Source: Piromyces finnis finn
Taxonomy: Eukaryota > Fungi > Neocallimastigomycota
Assembly (NCBI GenBank): GCA_002104945.1
Contig: MCFH01000056.1
Coordinates: 295,039 to 359,038 of the forward strand
Reading direction: 5' to 3'
Length of the DNA: 64,000 bases
Position numbers and translations under genes: made by a program
Notes under the pieces: model-generated
Told to the model about the DNA's origin: nothing
The model's database searches: none
Seen by the model: the letters and a program-made list of their open reading frames with translations, nothing else
Shown: piece by piece, positions 37,301 through 47,099 of the stretch
Position numbering within the stretch: position 1 is the first letter of the stretch
How the letters are laid out: each line of letters opens with the position of its first letter

Positions 37301-37424
37301 AAAATTATTAAACACTAACCTGTTATAATTTTGTTAAGTGTTCAATAATAAAATTTTTATTTGCTTTTATTATTTTCCTTTTTATATATTTGTGTTTTTA
37401 TTTATTGAACATTAGTTCTTTACA
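31315..37424 (+). mobile_element. Intact Ty3/Gypsy chromovirus C (6,110 bp; 407-bp LTRs 31315-31721 and 37018-37424; TSD TAGAT)
   Basis: TAGAT at 31310-31314 and 37425-37429. I found one LTR mismatch (AGTTATAAAA vs AGTTGTAAAA). PPT GGAGGAGGA. PBS ATAAAAACTC (31722-31731) is complementary to 31563-31572. Confidence 0.97.
32424..36788 (+). CDS. Gag-Pol polyprotein of element C, single ORF with canonical C-terminal chromodomain
   Basis: CVYCGSPGHQLKDC, LIDSGS, YIDDLI, VETDSS, IISDRGAQF, QSNGQTERVN, EYEVEEILDKRKHYGKIQYLIKWKGYPLSEASWEPE. Confidence 0.97.
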   Translation: MEGQIFDNASLKDGFAGDRKYLKGFLAKIELVFLLYPERYQDEESKVIYLISRLYGNALNWAATLIDNHDPCLTNYQAFKERLKAFYGNNDAVYVANQMLRTLKQHRLGGIRGYILEFNKYSDESNWNEEAKMDAFIAGLNQEVAMKILEMFPGPRDLFSLQTIAARIDSKLATRGLFFDKNSKGPSSNSSNGSRKASTNLKEHPKKKRYFGPLSKEEKERRSKENLCVYCGSPGHQLKDCHKRRNKNSTFESLVSLQNNSTNSKKNQQDRVTSNFKLSFELNTKILIDSGSTLNLIDVDYCNDHNIPYHYEEDLPNVFGIGGSQKLFGVTPPLNLRYMDHLCRTVFYVTDLPVYPCILGLRWLKEHNPSIDFENNKLSFGSSYCLDHCMTLPSNVPEFHQETSVFSTDCNNSSSVSLPIFIDKPKSSFSNSKLSHPRNPKENRSKSVLINNESVNDPLSQETCTVMASNISLSKVDSCSPKNSLYESNPITKLPKELESYMDVFSESSADQLPPHRPYDCQINLIENAKLFYGPIYPLTDEETRVLKDYIDENLKKGFIRKSKSPAGAPVLFVPKKNGELRLCQDYRELNKITIRDSYPLPLIQDMLEHLSKAKIFSKLDLRSAYNLVRIKKGDEYKTAFTCKFGHFEYLVMPFGLKNAPAVFQHFINDVLENILGIFVYSYIDDLIIFSENHKSHIKHVIEVLDRLRNAGLYAKLEKCEFFVSSIDFLGHRISSEGIHMDPNKVSAIINWPVPSSVKEVQSFIGLANYYRRFIPNFAKVAQPLHRLLRKNVKFDFSSEALDAFNTIKSLISSAPILSHPNRDLPFIVETDSSNFAIGAVLSQKSPDDKMIHPVAFYSRSLTSAERNYPIYDKELLAIVNALETWRHFLKGALTPFTIYSDHRNLLYQKKPEKMSQRLVRWALFLSEFNFKILYCSGSSNGKPDALSRRPDFMDSSLPSDAPFSVLRPENFCALICSISSLNDEILSEYVNDSFYIDICNFLENKNLPAPHPQSNKFSLSNSFLLFDNRIYVPLKCRPSVLKLCHDSPSAGHFGIRKTISLISRDFWWPSISIDVKNYIRSCEICCRSKPSRHKPYGLLQPLEISDHPWASISMDFITDLPPSDGFNTILVVVDRLTKMCHLIPFKGIPSASDTAFAFLNYIFKIHGLPSEIISDRGAQFTSKFWKSICQSLDVNVKYSSPYHHQSNGQTERVNSVVEQYLRCFSNYKGTNWINFLLLAEFSYNNAVQDSTKFSPFFLNYGYHPKYSPVIPDQTNVPRAEEFTRDFEDLMEKLKENLKKAIQVQKKYADKYRQEPPTFKTGDKVWLDSSLIIHKGNKKFNPRKLGPFRIISKISNLTYKLELPKSLKIYPIVHVSNLEPYYEDSFGRIKDPPPPIIVNEEEEYEVEEILDKRKHYGKIQYLIKWKGYPLSEASWEPESNLNCDELIKNFNNSH

Positions 37425-37468
37425 TAGATACCCTAACGTATTCTTGGTTTTCGTTAGGTAATTGTTAT

Positions 37469-38074
37469 TGTAATGTTGAACACAGAAAGAATAGATTAGG
37501 ATATCTATTCTATTACAATAACACAAAAATTTGAAAAAATAAAATAAAAAATTGTTTTATAAAATATCTTTTATTATAATAGAATTTTAATAATAACAAT
37601 TACATCGATAAAATGATGAAAAATATCTTCTATTTATATTTTTCCTAAATACATTTATATTATATTATAACTATTTATTTCTTATATATTATTATTTAAA
37701 ATCTACACTAAAATCTTAATTATTAATAAATATTTAAACTATAACTATTTTTAGTAAAATACAATTGGCAATTCAAATTAAGTACTATTTAATTTGAATA
37801 TGTGCCCATGTATTATTGATATATTAATCATTTATTATTTATCTATTTCTATAAAAAAACAATACTAAAACTAGGGATTTAAATTGAGAATATTAATTTA
37901 CTTGTTAAACATTAAAAATAAATTAATAATTTATTTTGTTTTAAACTTTAATTATTAATAAATAAATTATGTCTCATTTTCTTTTTCTGAATATAATTTG
38001 TGTAACTTAAACAATAATACTTGTGGCTTAAGTTACATTAAAGATATCAAACGCCTCTGTTTGATATCTTTACA
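37469..38074 (-). repeat. 5' LTR of A1 (606 bp)
   Basis: TG...CA termini. U3 is shared with the A2 LTRs but the R-U5 end differs (TGTAATGTTGAAC vs TGTAATGGCGAC on the + strand). Confidence 0.93.
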
Positions 38075-38591
38075 AGTGGGGACAGGCCAATCTAGGATGG
38101 CATTTACTTTACTACTATCCATTTTCAAGCCATCTCTTGATATCACATAACCAAGAAAAGTTGTCTCAGAGACGTCAAATTCACACTTCTCTAATTTAAC
38201 GAACAAGTGGTTATCTAACAATTTTCTCAAAACCTTTTTTTACATGCTCATGATGTTCTTCAAGATTATTGGAATAAATCAAAATATCATCAATATATGA
38301 TATTACAAAATCATCTAAGTATTCACTAAGAACATCGTTAATGAAATGTTGAAAAGTAGCAGGTGCATTCTTTAAGCCAAAAGGCATTACGAGATATTCG
38401 AAGTGATCATATCTAGTTCTGAAGGCTGTTTTGAACTCGTCGCCCTCTTTAATTCTTACTAAGTTATAGGCAGATTTTAGATCTAACTTGGTAAAATACT
38501 TAGCTCCTTTCACTCTATCCAATAAATCACCGATTAAAGGAAGTGGATATGAGTTTCTGATTGTCATATCATTTAATTTTCTATAATCAAC
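38075..38591 (-). pseudogene. Element D, RT core segment
   Basis: Resumes DWPVP after TSD AGTGG. YIDDIL in ORF 38211-38567. Frameshift near 38230. Confidence 0.92.
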
Positions 38592-38961
38592 TGTAACGAA
38601 ATATTATAATAATAAACACACACACTCTAATGTATCAAATATATATGTATTTTTTTTAATAATGTTTATTTATTAAATTTATTATTATAATACGACTAAC
38701 TCGCTAGGTCAGTGTATTATCAAACTAAAGACGAAACAAAAAAAACTAATTTTTATTAATTATTAATAAAAACACTAAAGAACTATTTTATCTTTCTTAT
38801 TCTCTCTTTTATACATGAAAATTATTTTTTTTTTTAATACAATTTGATAAGTGAATTAATTACTTAATGATTGGTTATAAAAATATAATTATGAAATTTT
38901 CATTAATCTAACCTTAATGATTTTCTAGTCTAACCCTTATCATTAGATATACCTCATTACA
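38592..38961 (-). repeat. Solo LTR of family B (TSD TCAAC) inserted in the D RT motif LCVDY
   Basis: Reverse complement of 23418-23782 with minor homopolymer and SNP differences. TCAAC at 38587-38591 and 38962-38966. Confidence 0.95.
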
Positions 38962-40742
38962 TCAACACATAATCGTAATGAACCATCTTTCTTTTTTACG
39001 AACAACACAGGTGCCCCAGCAGGAGATGTAGATTTCCTTATAAACCCTTTTTCTAAATTTTCCTTTATATAATTTTTTAATTCATCTCTTTCTGCTTCAG
39101 TTAAGGGGTACAAAGGACAATAAAATAAATTTGCATTATCTTTTAATTTAATCTCACAATCGTATTCACGATGTGGAGGTAATACATCACAATTTTTTGA
39201 ATTAAACACTTCTTTAAACATAATATATTGTGGAGGTACGGAGACCGATTTCAAATCTTTATTATAAAAGTTTTCGTTATTATGTACATTACTAATATTA
39301 CATTTATTATAGTTATTACATGTATTATCATCAATTAAATTATTATCACTACAGTGAGTACAATTAAAACTTTTACAATTTTTAATGTTAATTTTATTGT
39401 TACGTCTTTTATTCTTATAGCTAAAACTATTATTACTATTGCTATTACTAATATCACTATAACTATTACTATTACTAATATCGTCATCTATCTCTTCACA
39501 TAGAGTGCGAACCTTTACTCTTCGACCACGGATGTAATCAACCTCTTCCTCATCCTCAGAATCATAGAATTTCCTTTTGTGTAACATATTAGATTGATTA
39601 CTTGGATAATTGTCTTTGTCGTCATCCAAGTAGCAAGGGGAAGAAGGCCTAACACTAAAATGATTCTTCATATAATCAGTATCAATATCTTCGTTTATGG
39701 GCTCCTTTCCTTTACAAGACTTCTTCAATTTATAACAAGAACGTTTTCTCTTGCCGTTGTTGCAGTGGCGAGCGCAATATCCAGAGGGAAAAGAAATTTT
39801 AGAAGCATCATGATAATGGATTGGACAATGCTTCCTGATCAATGGAATTTCAAGGATGATATCTACGTCAGGGATTCTAAGTAAATATAGTTTAATAACT
39901 TCTTGGTGATTGCGTAAGCGTAAGATGCACTTGGATGTTTCACTTTCCACAGAAGAAACCCCTTGACCTAATCCAGTTACCCGGATCGATTTTCTTATTT
40001 TATTAACTGGTATCTTGTATTTCTTGATAAAATCGGGGTGGATGAAGTTGAGGTCTGAACCAGAATCGATCAACCCTCTTGCCTTAATTTCTTCTCTGTT
40101 ATCTGGTTTTAGATAGAAATCCATAATATTAGATTTTTTCTTTGGTAAACAGTTATTCTTCATTAGTTCTTGAATCTTAAGCATGTCCATAGTTTCATCA
40201 AGCTTGATGATTCTATTAAGAGAGCCAAACACTGGGACTTTTGTGCTGGAGGCTTTATCTAACTTACTTCCATTGGGCTTCTTTTTGCTAGGACAGTTAA
40301 ATTGGAGGTGTCCAGGTTTTTTACACAAGAAGCAAAGCCCTTTTCTCTTTTCTTCGTTGTGAGAATTAGTGCTTTCAACGTAGTTATTCTTCTTTGAATT
40401 CAAATATTGGTGCGAGAATTTTGATCCACTCTTAATTCTCATCAAGTCGACGTCCATTGGATCAGAATGGTCAGGATGGTTGGAATCATCATTGCCAAGT
40501 CTATTATAGAAGTACTCACTGATACTAATTCTCTTAGTGAGGCTTTCTATATTAATTACATCTCTAAACAATTTATTAATATCAGTTGGATTTGGATTTA
40601 CAATAGCTAGGTGTTCCCTCATTTTAAAATGAAGTCCTTGAAGGAACATATAAATTTTAGCCGATTCATTGAAGTTTGAATACTGGCCAATTCTTTTGAA
40701 TTCATTTATATACGAATAAACATTGTTATAGCGCTTTTGTTT
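38962..40742 (-). pseudogene. Element D gag (5'-truncated), protease, Asn/Ser-rich linker and RT start
   Basis: ORF 38943-40649 contains CFLCKKPGHLQFNC, LIDSGS and SGYCARHC. Gag homology (QKRYNNVYSYINEFKRIG) ends at ~40742 and no 5' LTR was found. Confidence 0.88.
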
Positions 40743-41545
40743 AAATTAAATAATTTCACTAATTATTTTAAAACACCTTTAAAAGTCGCCTTTTGATATT
40801 TGATTCAGTGGAAGGGTTATGCTTTCAAAATTTAATGTCAATACACTATAACCCTTAACGAAAAACAAATAAGCCCAAAATAAGGTGTAACTCACTAAAA
40901 TAAAAACAAGTTTACTAGAAAACTTTGGTGAAAAAGCTATATTTTGGTACAATCGCGGTCCTTCTAACTAAGCATTTAAGGAAAATACGATCATTTAAAT
41001 AAATCAAAATCAATGATATCAAGTATGGATCATAAACATTTCTTATGACTTTATAAAAATATATCAATAAGCATTCTAGTTATATTAAATTAATGAAAAT
41101 AGCCGTTACTAAAAATAGAACTAAACCATTTAAGTATAACAGTTATCATACATAAATAAAATAATTATTATAAATTAGGTTAACGGCAAGCTTTATTATT
41201 AAAAATTAATTTTTTTAAAATAATAATTATCTAGTTATAAAAAATATGTCATTATTAATTAATAATAATGAATTATTAATTGAATAGTTTTTATAATTAT
41301 TAATTATAATCAAATGCTTAAAAGATTAATCATATGTTTATTTTATTTTATGTCATGACAAACAAACAGTTTTGTAATTTATTATATTATATTATTAATA
41401 TATTACATGTAATCCTTTATTGTTATTCTTATCAAATTAATAATCTTAACAAAAGATATAAAATAGAATGAATTGAATTCAATTTTAATTTTTTGTAAAG
41501 ATTATAATCTTAATTATATAATTATCAAATATATTATATCATTTA

Positions 41546-41546
<1 letters not shown>

Positions 41547-41612
<66 letters not shown>
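41547..41612. repeat. (ATT)n microsatellite
   Basis: About 22 perfect ATT units. Confidence 0.95.
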
Positions 41613-41615
<3 letters not shown>

Positions 41616-42571
41616 AATAATAAAAAGTTACTTTAAAAACAAATATTAATTTTTCTTATTGGGAAGTTTTAAGTGTTATAAGTGTTATAGTTAAATTTAA
41701 TTTCTTAAAAAACATTTTACTATATAATTAATAATATTCTGAATTGGTCGAATAACCAAACCCCAAATGCTAAACAGAAAATAATGAATTAAATTCAAAA
41801 CTTTGACACATAAATATAAAAATTCATTTCAATAAAAAAATAATATTAAATATAACAAAATTAAACTAGGATATATTGACATAAACACTATGCTAGTGGA
41901 CTTTTTTAACCAAAACTATTAATGGATCAAAAATGCAAAATTTTACCGATATTATATTTACAAAATAATAACAAACTTTACAAAATTTATAATCAGCTTT
42001 ATTTTGTATTTTTACATTCAACTATTTAAATTTTTTTTTAATTTCTTAATCTCTTCAAATTTAATTTTTATTCTTAATAAAAAAATATTTGAGGGGAATG
42101 TTTAACATCAATCATTTAACTTAAATCTAGAAATATGTAGAATAGAATAGAATTATGTATTACTACTATATTTAGTCATAGAATATTCCCTTGTTATATT
42201 ATACGCTACAATTCTTAATATGAATATTTATGAATTATTTATGCACTATTTATGCTTTTTATTAATAATATTAATAAAGTTTATATTAAAAAACAATGTT
42301 AGAGTTTTCTCAAAAGTGATCAATATTAATTTATATAATTAAAGTCACTACTCGAGTCATCCAACTTTCTATAAATAATTCAATTTAAGAAATTCTCCAT
42401 TATTATTAAATAAGATTAGATAATAAATATTCTTGATTTCAAACCTAATTAATTATAAAGATTAATTAATAATTTTTTCAAATAATTTTTGATAAATAAC
42501 CTCAATCATAATCAAACCAAAAAACCTTTGGATCAAAAATCATTAGTAATAATTATTAAAATAGGATAATT

Positions 42572-42573
<2 letters not shown>

Positions 42574-42602
<29 letters not shown>
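42574..42602. repeat. (AT)n microsatellite
   Basis: About 14 AT units. Confidence 0.9.
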
Positions 42603-42607
<5 letters not shown>

Positions 42608-44814
42608 TGCAATAAGATATACCCAAAGAGTTTATGATGAACAATACTTTAAATTGTTGTAGCAACACGTATATAAAAGGTTTATTATAATTTTAGTTAT
42701 TTATTCTGTAATAAAAAGTGTAGTTATTACCTTTTTATACAAGTTAATAATTAAAGTTTTATAAAAAAAAAAACCATAAATTTTAATAACACAAAACTTA
42801 CGTGCTTACTTATTAAATATTTAACCAATAAGTAATTAAAAATATTTTAAAACCAATTATTTAATAAACTTGTAATATAAAAAATTTTAATAAAATTGTT
42901 TTTCTAGCCTAGTTTAATTTTTATTTGTTTTGTTTATAGAAAACTGATAGAATGGATAGTTTCAAAAAAAAAAAAAAAAAAAAAAATTCCAAATCTTGGA
43001 TGTTTTTTTATTATAAGAAAAACTTTTTTAATCTAAAAATGCCAGAGAATGGACATTTATTTTTAATTATGATAATTTTCCTTTAAAGATTTATTAAAAT
43101 TATGATAAAGAATTTTCAAGTCTTTTGTGGCATAAGTTAAAATTAATGTCATTTATATTATAAATATATTGTTATTGGTTTTAGAATCATTTATATAGAT
43201 TATAAAAATACTATGACCCATATTTAATAAATAAATCCTAATAATATTGACATTATTGTAATATAGGGTTGGATTAGTATGTATTATTGTTATCCATTAT
43301 ATTTGTACATATAATTCAAAAATAGACAAGTTTTACACTAATAATTTAGTTCTTGTTAATTTGAATGGAATAGAATAATTTGATAATAATTAAAGATAAT
43401 TTGTTAATTAAGCCAGTGCCTTAGGAATAAACACTTTTGAATCATTAGTATAATCAAAATCGAATTGATTTTGGAGGGTAAGAGAATATATATTCAATGA
43501 TATAGGTATGATTATTATTCATTTAAAATTATTTTAATTTGTTTTTGTCATAATATACCTTTTAATTTTTTTTTTTTTTAGTTTTCGCATAAATTTTGCA
43601 GCCTCTAATGCAACGGAGATCAAGTTTATTGAAACATTATATTTTACTTCTTTTGAATCAAGGTCATTGTTTTAATTTACATTTATCTTACATTCATAGT
43701 ATTATAGAGTTAAAGTATTGAGGTTCTGTTATTGACGAAATTCTTGTCTAGGATAATAAATATATTTTATAATTTTTACTTGTTTTCTTTTTTTTAAAAA
43801 AAAATATTATTAACCTTGAATATTTTAAAATTTTAAAATTTTAAAAAAATATATAATAATTAAATATGTTTCCTACTATAGAAAATTGATTTTAAAAAAA
43901 AGGTAATACAATTATTTTTTTAAAAATATACAAGACTAGTGTAAAATGAGTTTTTTTTTTTTAAAAAAATCTTATTGTAAAGTATGCTGACATGTCAATA
44001 GACACTTGATGGAGTACTTAAAAGTAAAATTCTGTTATATAGACATAAAAATTGTCGTCACTATAGATTCAAGAAAACACCAGGCTTCAACTACCAAAAG
44101 TAAAAGTAATATAAAGGATTAAACTTTTGAAGAGATTCTCATTTAACATCTCTAAGAAATAAATTAATGACAGAAATTTTTCATGTTTAATTGAACTCCT
44201 AATGTTATTTATTTTTTTTTATAAATAATAATTACCAATAATCAAAAATAAAAATAGTATAATAAATCCTTTTTTTAATTTATTGGAATTTTTTTAACAT
44301 ATTAAAATCTATTTTTTTTATCTATTAATGGTACATTGATAGTATGGTTATATTTTTTATATTCCTTTTACACTTTTATTCCTCTCTCTAGTACTTTATA
44401 TTTCTGATAATTTTTTAAAAAAAAATAGTTTAACGATTAAATATTTTTAAAGTCTATTATTATTGAACCTTGAGTATTTTAAATATACACACATACACAT
44501 ATCCTTTTTAATATAAAATTTAAAAAGGTCAACTGACATTCAAAACTCTATAAAATATTATAAACATAAAGTAACTAGAAATTTCCCATTATATTTATTT
44601 TGTTGGAAAGTAGTAGTTAAAAAAAAACTTTATAATATTTCCTTGTAGTGAATTTATTTTTTAATTAATAAAAATAAAATAAAAACAAACTTTTATGAAT
44701 AAAAAAAAAAAAACAATGTTTTTATAAATTTTGATTAAAAACATTGTATGAAGTAAAAGAATATAAATAATAAAAGAATAACACTAATAATAGTTCAATC
44801 TTTTTTTATAAAGA

Positions 44815-45362
44815 TTTTTATTTTTTTAACTTCCGAGTGCATTTCTCCCATCGATCAGAGTTAGCTCCAATGGTGGTTCTTAGAGAAACGTTGGCTCATT
44901 CCTATTGCTAGGTGGTTGTGACCCTCCTGGTCTGTCATACTGTTTCTTCAGCTTCGACGCTCACTTAATCCATGTACATTAGATGCATGTCGTTGTACGA
45001 TATTTCACAACTACAATGCTAAGCCTCTTATAGTCAATTTGATCACGTGTCAACCGCCCCCTAATGTTTACACTTAAATTGATTAAGGAATATTATGTGT
45101 TTTTGGCATAGCCTAAGTCACCACTTATTAAGTTCTAATTTGGAATGTACCATGTACACTAGACCCTCTCAGGCCGGCTAGACGAGTGTTATTATCATAG
45201 TAGTAAATTAGAAAGTTCATTTATACTTACCTGAATATCATAACCCAACCCATGGCAAACCCAGTGGGAAAATCCACAGGCACTGACATCTGCGGGGTCG
45301 AACCAGAAGCCTTATGTATGCTAAGGAAACGCCTTAACAACCAGGATAAAAACTGGAACGAC
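44815..45362 (-). mobile_element. SINE-like retroposon, copy 2 (535-bp body 44828-45362 + 13-nt A-rich tail; 12-bp TSD)
   Basis: TSD TTTTTATAAAGA at 44803-44814 and 45363-45374. Same 5' start (GTCGTTCC) and same 3' end (GGAAGTT + A tail) as copy 1. Confidence 0.9.
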
Positions 45363-46159
45363 TTTTTATAAAGAAATCATTTTAATTATTATCAATTTTA
45401 TAATAAAAAAAAAATTATTAAAAAATGTTTGTTTTCCATTGAAAATTTTTATAAACTAACCCTATAAACAAATTAATTTAATCTAACCCTCTCAAAGTCA
45501 AAAAATTTAATTTTTTTAATTTTTTAAATTTTTCTTTTTTTTTCTTTACGACTTTTTGGATCGAAAATGTAATTTCTTAATCCTTTATTCATTTTATGTT
45601 ACAAAACAAAATATATAATATTTATTTATTAATAAGAGAAAATAAAAGTCTTTTATTATTAGTTTAATTTTATTTTAAAACAAAAAAAAAAAAAAGCAAA
45701 GTATTATGCCACTTTTAGTATAAAGAATACTCATTAATATTTACTCTTGGTTTACTGCTAGAACTTTAAAGGTTTTATATAAAAAATTAAAATATACTGA
45801 AAAAGACATTAAAGAAAAAGTTTTTAAATTTGTTAATCTTTCTCAATATCATCCTTATTAAATAAAGGAAAATGTCTTTTTTTTTTTAAAAAAGTATGAA
45901 TAATCTTTTGAATGCTGAAATTATAATTTTTTTTGATTTTTTCAACAAAAACAAAACAAAAACTTTAAATGAAACAGCAATTTTTTATTATTCTTTTTCT
46001 CTCATTTTTCTATCTATTTTCTTATAATTCATTATTATTAATATTTTTATTTTATTAAAAGGTTAAAATCTTTATTTATTTTTTTATTATAAAAAATTTT
46101 TTTTTCAATAGTATTAAATTTCTTTTTTTTTTTTTAAAAAAATAATTTTTTTTTGAAAT

Positions 46160-46292
46160 AAAAAATCCGCAAATAAAAATTTTTTTTTTTTATTTTTATG
46201 ATGATGAATTATTAATTCAAAAAAAAATTTTTTTTTATTTTTTAAAAATAAATTATTTCAAAAAAAATAATTTTTTTATTTGCGGATTTTTT
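46160..46292. promoter_or_regulatory. 20-bp perfect inverted repeat containing CCGC/GCGG, upstream of the scaffoldin gene (candidate regulatory)
   Basis: AAAAAATCCGCAAATAAAAA (46160-46179) and TTTTTATTTGCGGATTTTTT (46273-46292). Function not shown. Confidence 0.35.
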
Positions 46293-47099
46293 TAATATTC
46301 AAAAAAAATAAAAAATTATTTTTTTTAATATTCAAAATAAAAAAATAAAAAAAAATAAAAAAATTTATTGATTAAAATATTTAAAATATTTTTTAGAAAA
46401 TTTATTTTTTGAATTTATTAAAAATTAAAAAAAATTCCGAAAATTTTTTATTTTTTTTTTAACCTTTTTTTTAAGGGAGCGGAGGGTGAATTTATTTTTT
46501 TTAGCCTTTAAAAAAAATCTAAAATTTATGGTTTAACTATAAAAAGTAATAAAAAGTAAAAAGATAAAGTGGTAAGAAACAATTGTAAAAAAAAAAACAT
46601 TTTTCTTAATATTATTTATTATTAATTTCTTTTTTTTTTTTTTTTTACTATTTACTTTTTTTTTCTTGAAAAAATACCAAATAAACAAGAATTTCATTTC
46701 TTGTTTTTTCATTAATATAAATTAGAAAAAAAAAAAAAAGTAAAGAAAAAAAAAAAAAGAAACATTTTAAATCTTATTAAGATTAAATTGTAAATCGTCT
46801 TTTTCCTTTTGAAGAAAGAAAAAGGTATGAAAAATGTAAAAAATAATAATAATTATAAAATAATAAATATATAGTTTTAAAAAAAAATGGTTAAAAAACT
46901 ATATTAATTTCTTTTTTATTTTAAAATCTATGTTGTATTATTATTATTATTAGATATTTCTTTTCTTGTAAATACTTGTAGATAGTTGTTGTAAATAATA
47001 AAAAAAAAACTTTTGTAATATATAAACAATTTTTGAAATTTATACCCGTTTTCCTTTAAACTTTTTTTAAAATTTTGTAAATATACCAAAAAGGAAAAT

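Larger units (their letters stand above)
29859..38074 (-). mobile_element. Remnant of A-family element A1: 5' LTR 37469-38074, leader (interrupted by C and E) and first 28 gag codons (29942-29859)
   Basis: PBS complement at 37458-37468. The leader is continuous across TSDs TAGAT and AACTC. LEGLISEFENLNLEMGDRNVGVSGNSGN is homologous to the A2 gag start. Right flank AGTGG (38075-38079). Confidence 0.88.

Noticed and set aside
45223-45362. U1 snRNA gene starting ATACTTACCTG
   Set aside because: No U1-70K loop (GAUCACG), no U1A loop (AUUGCAC) and no Sm site. Treated instead as a splice-donor match on the SINE sense strand.
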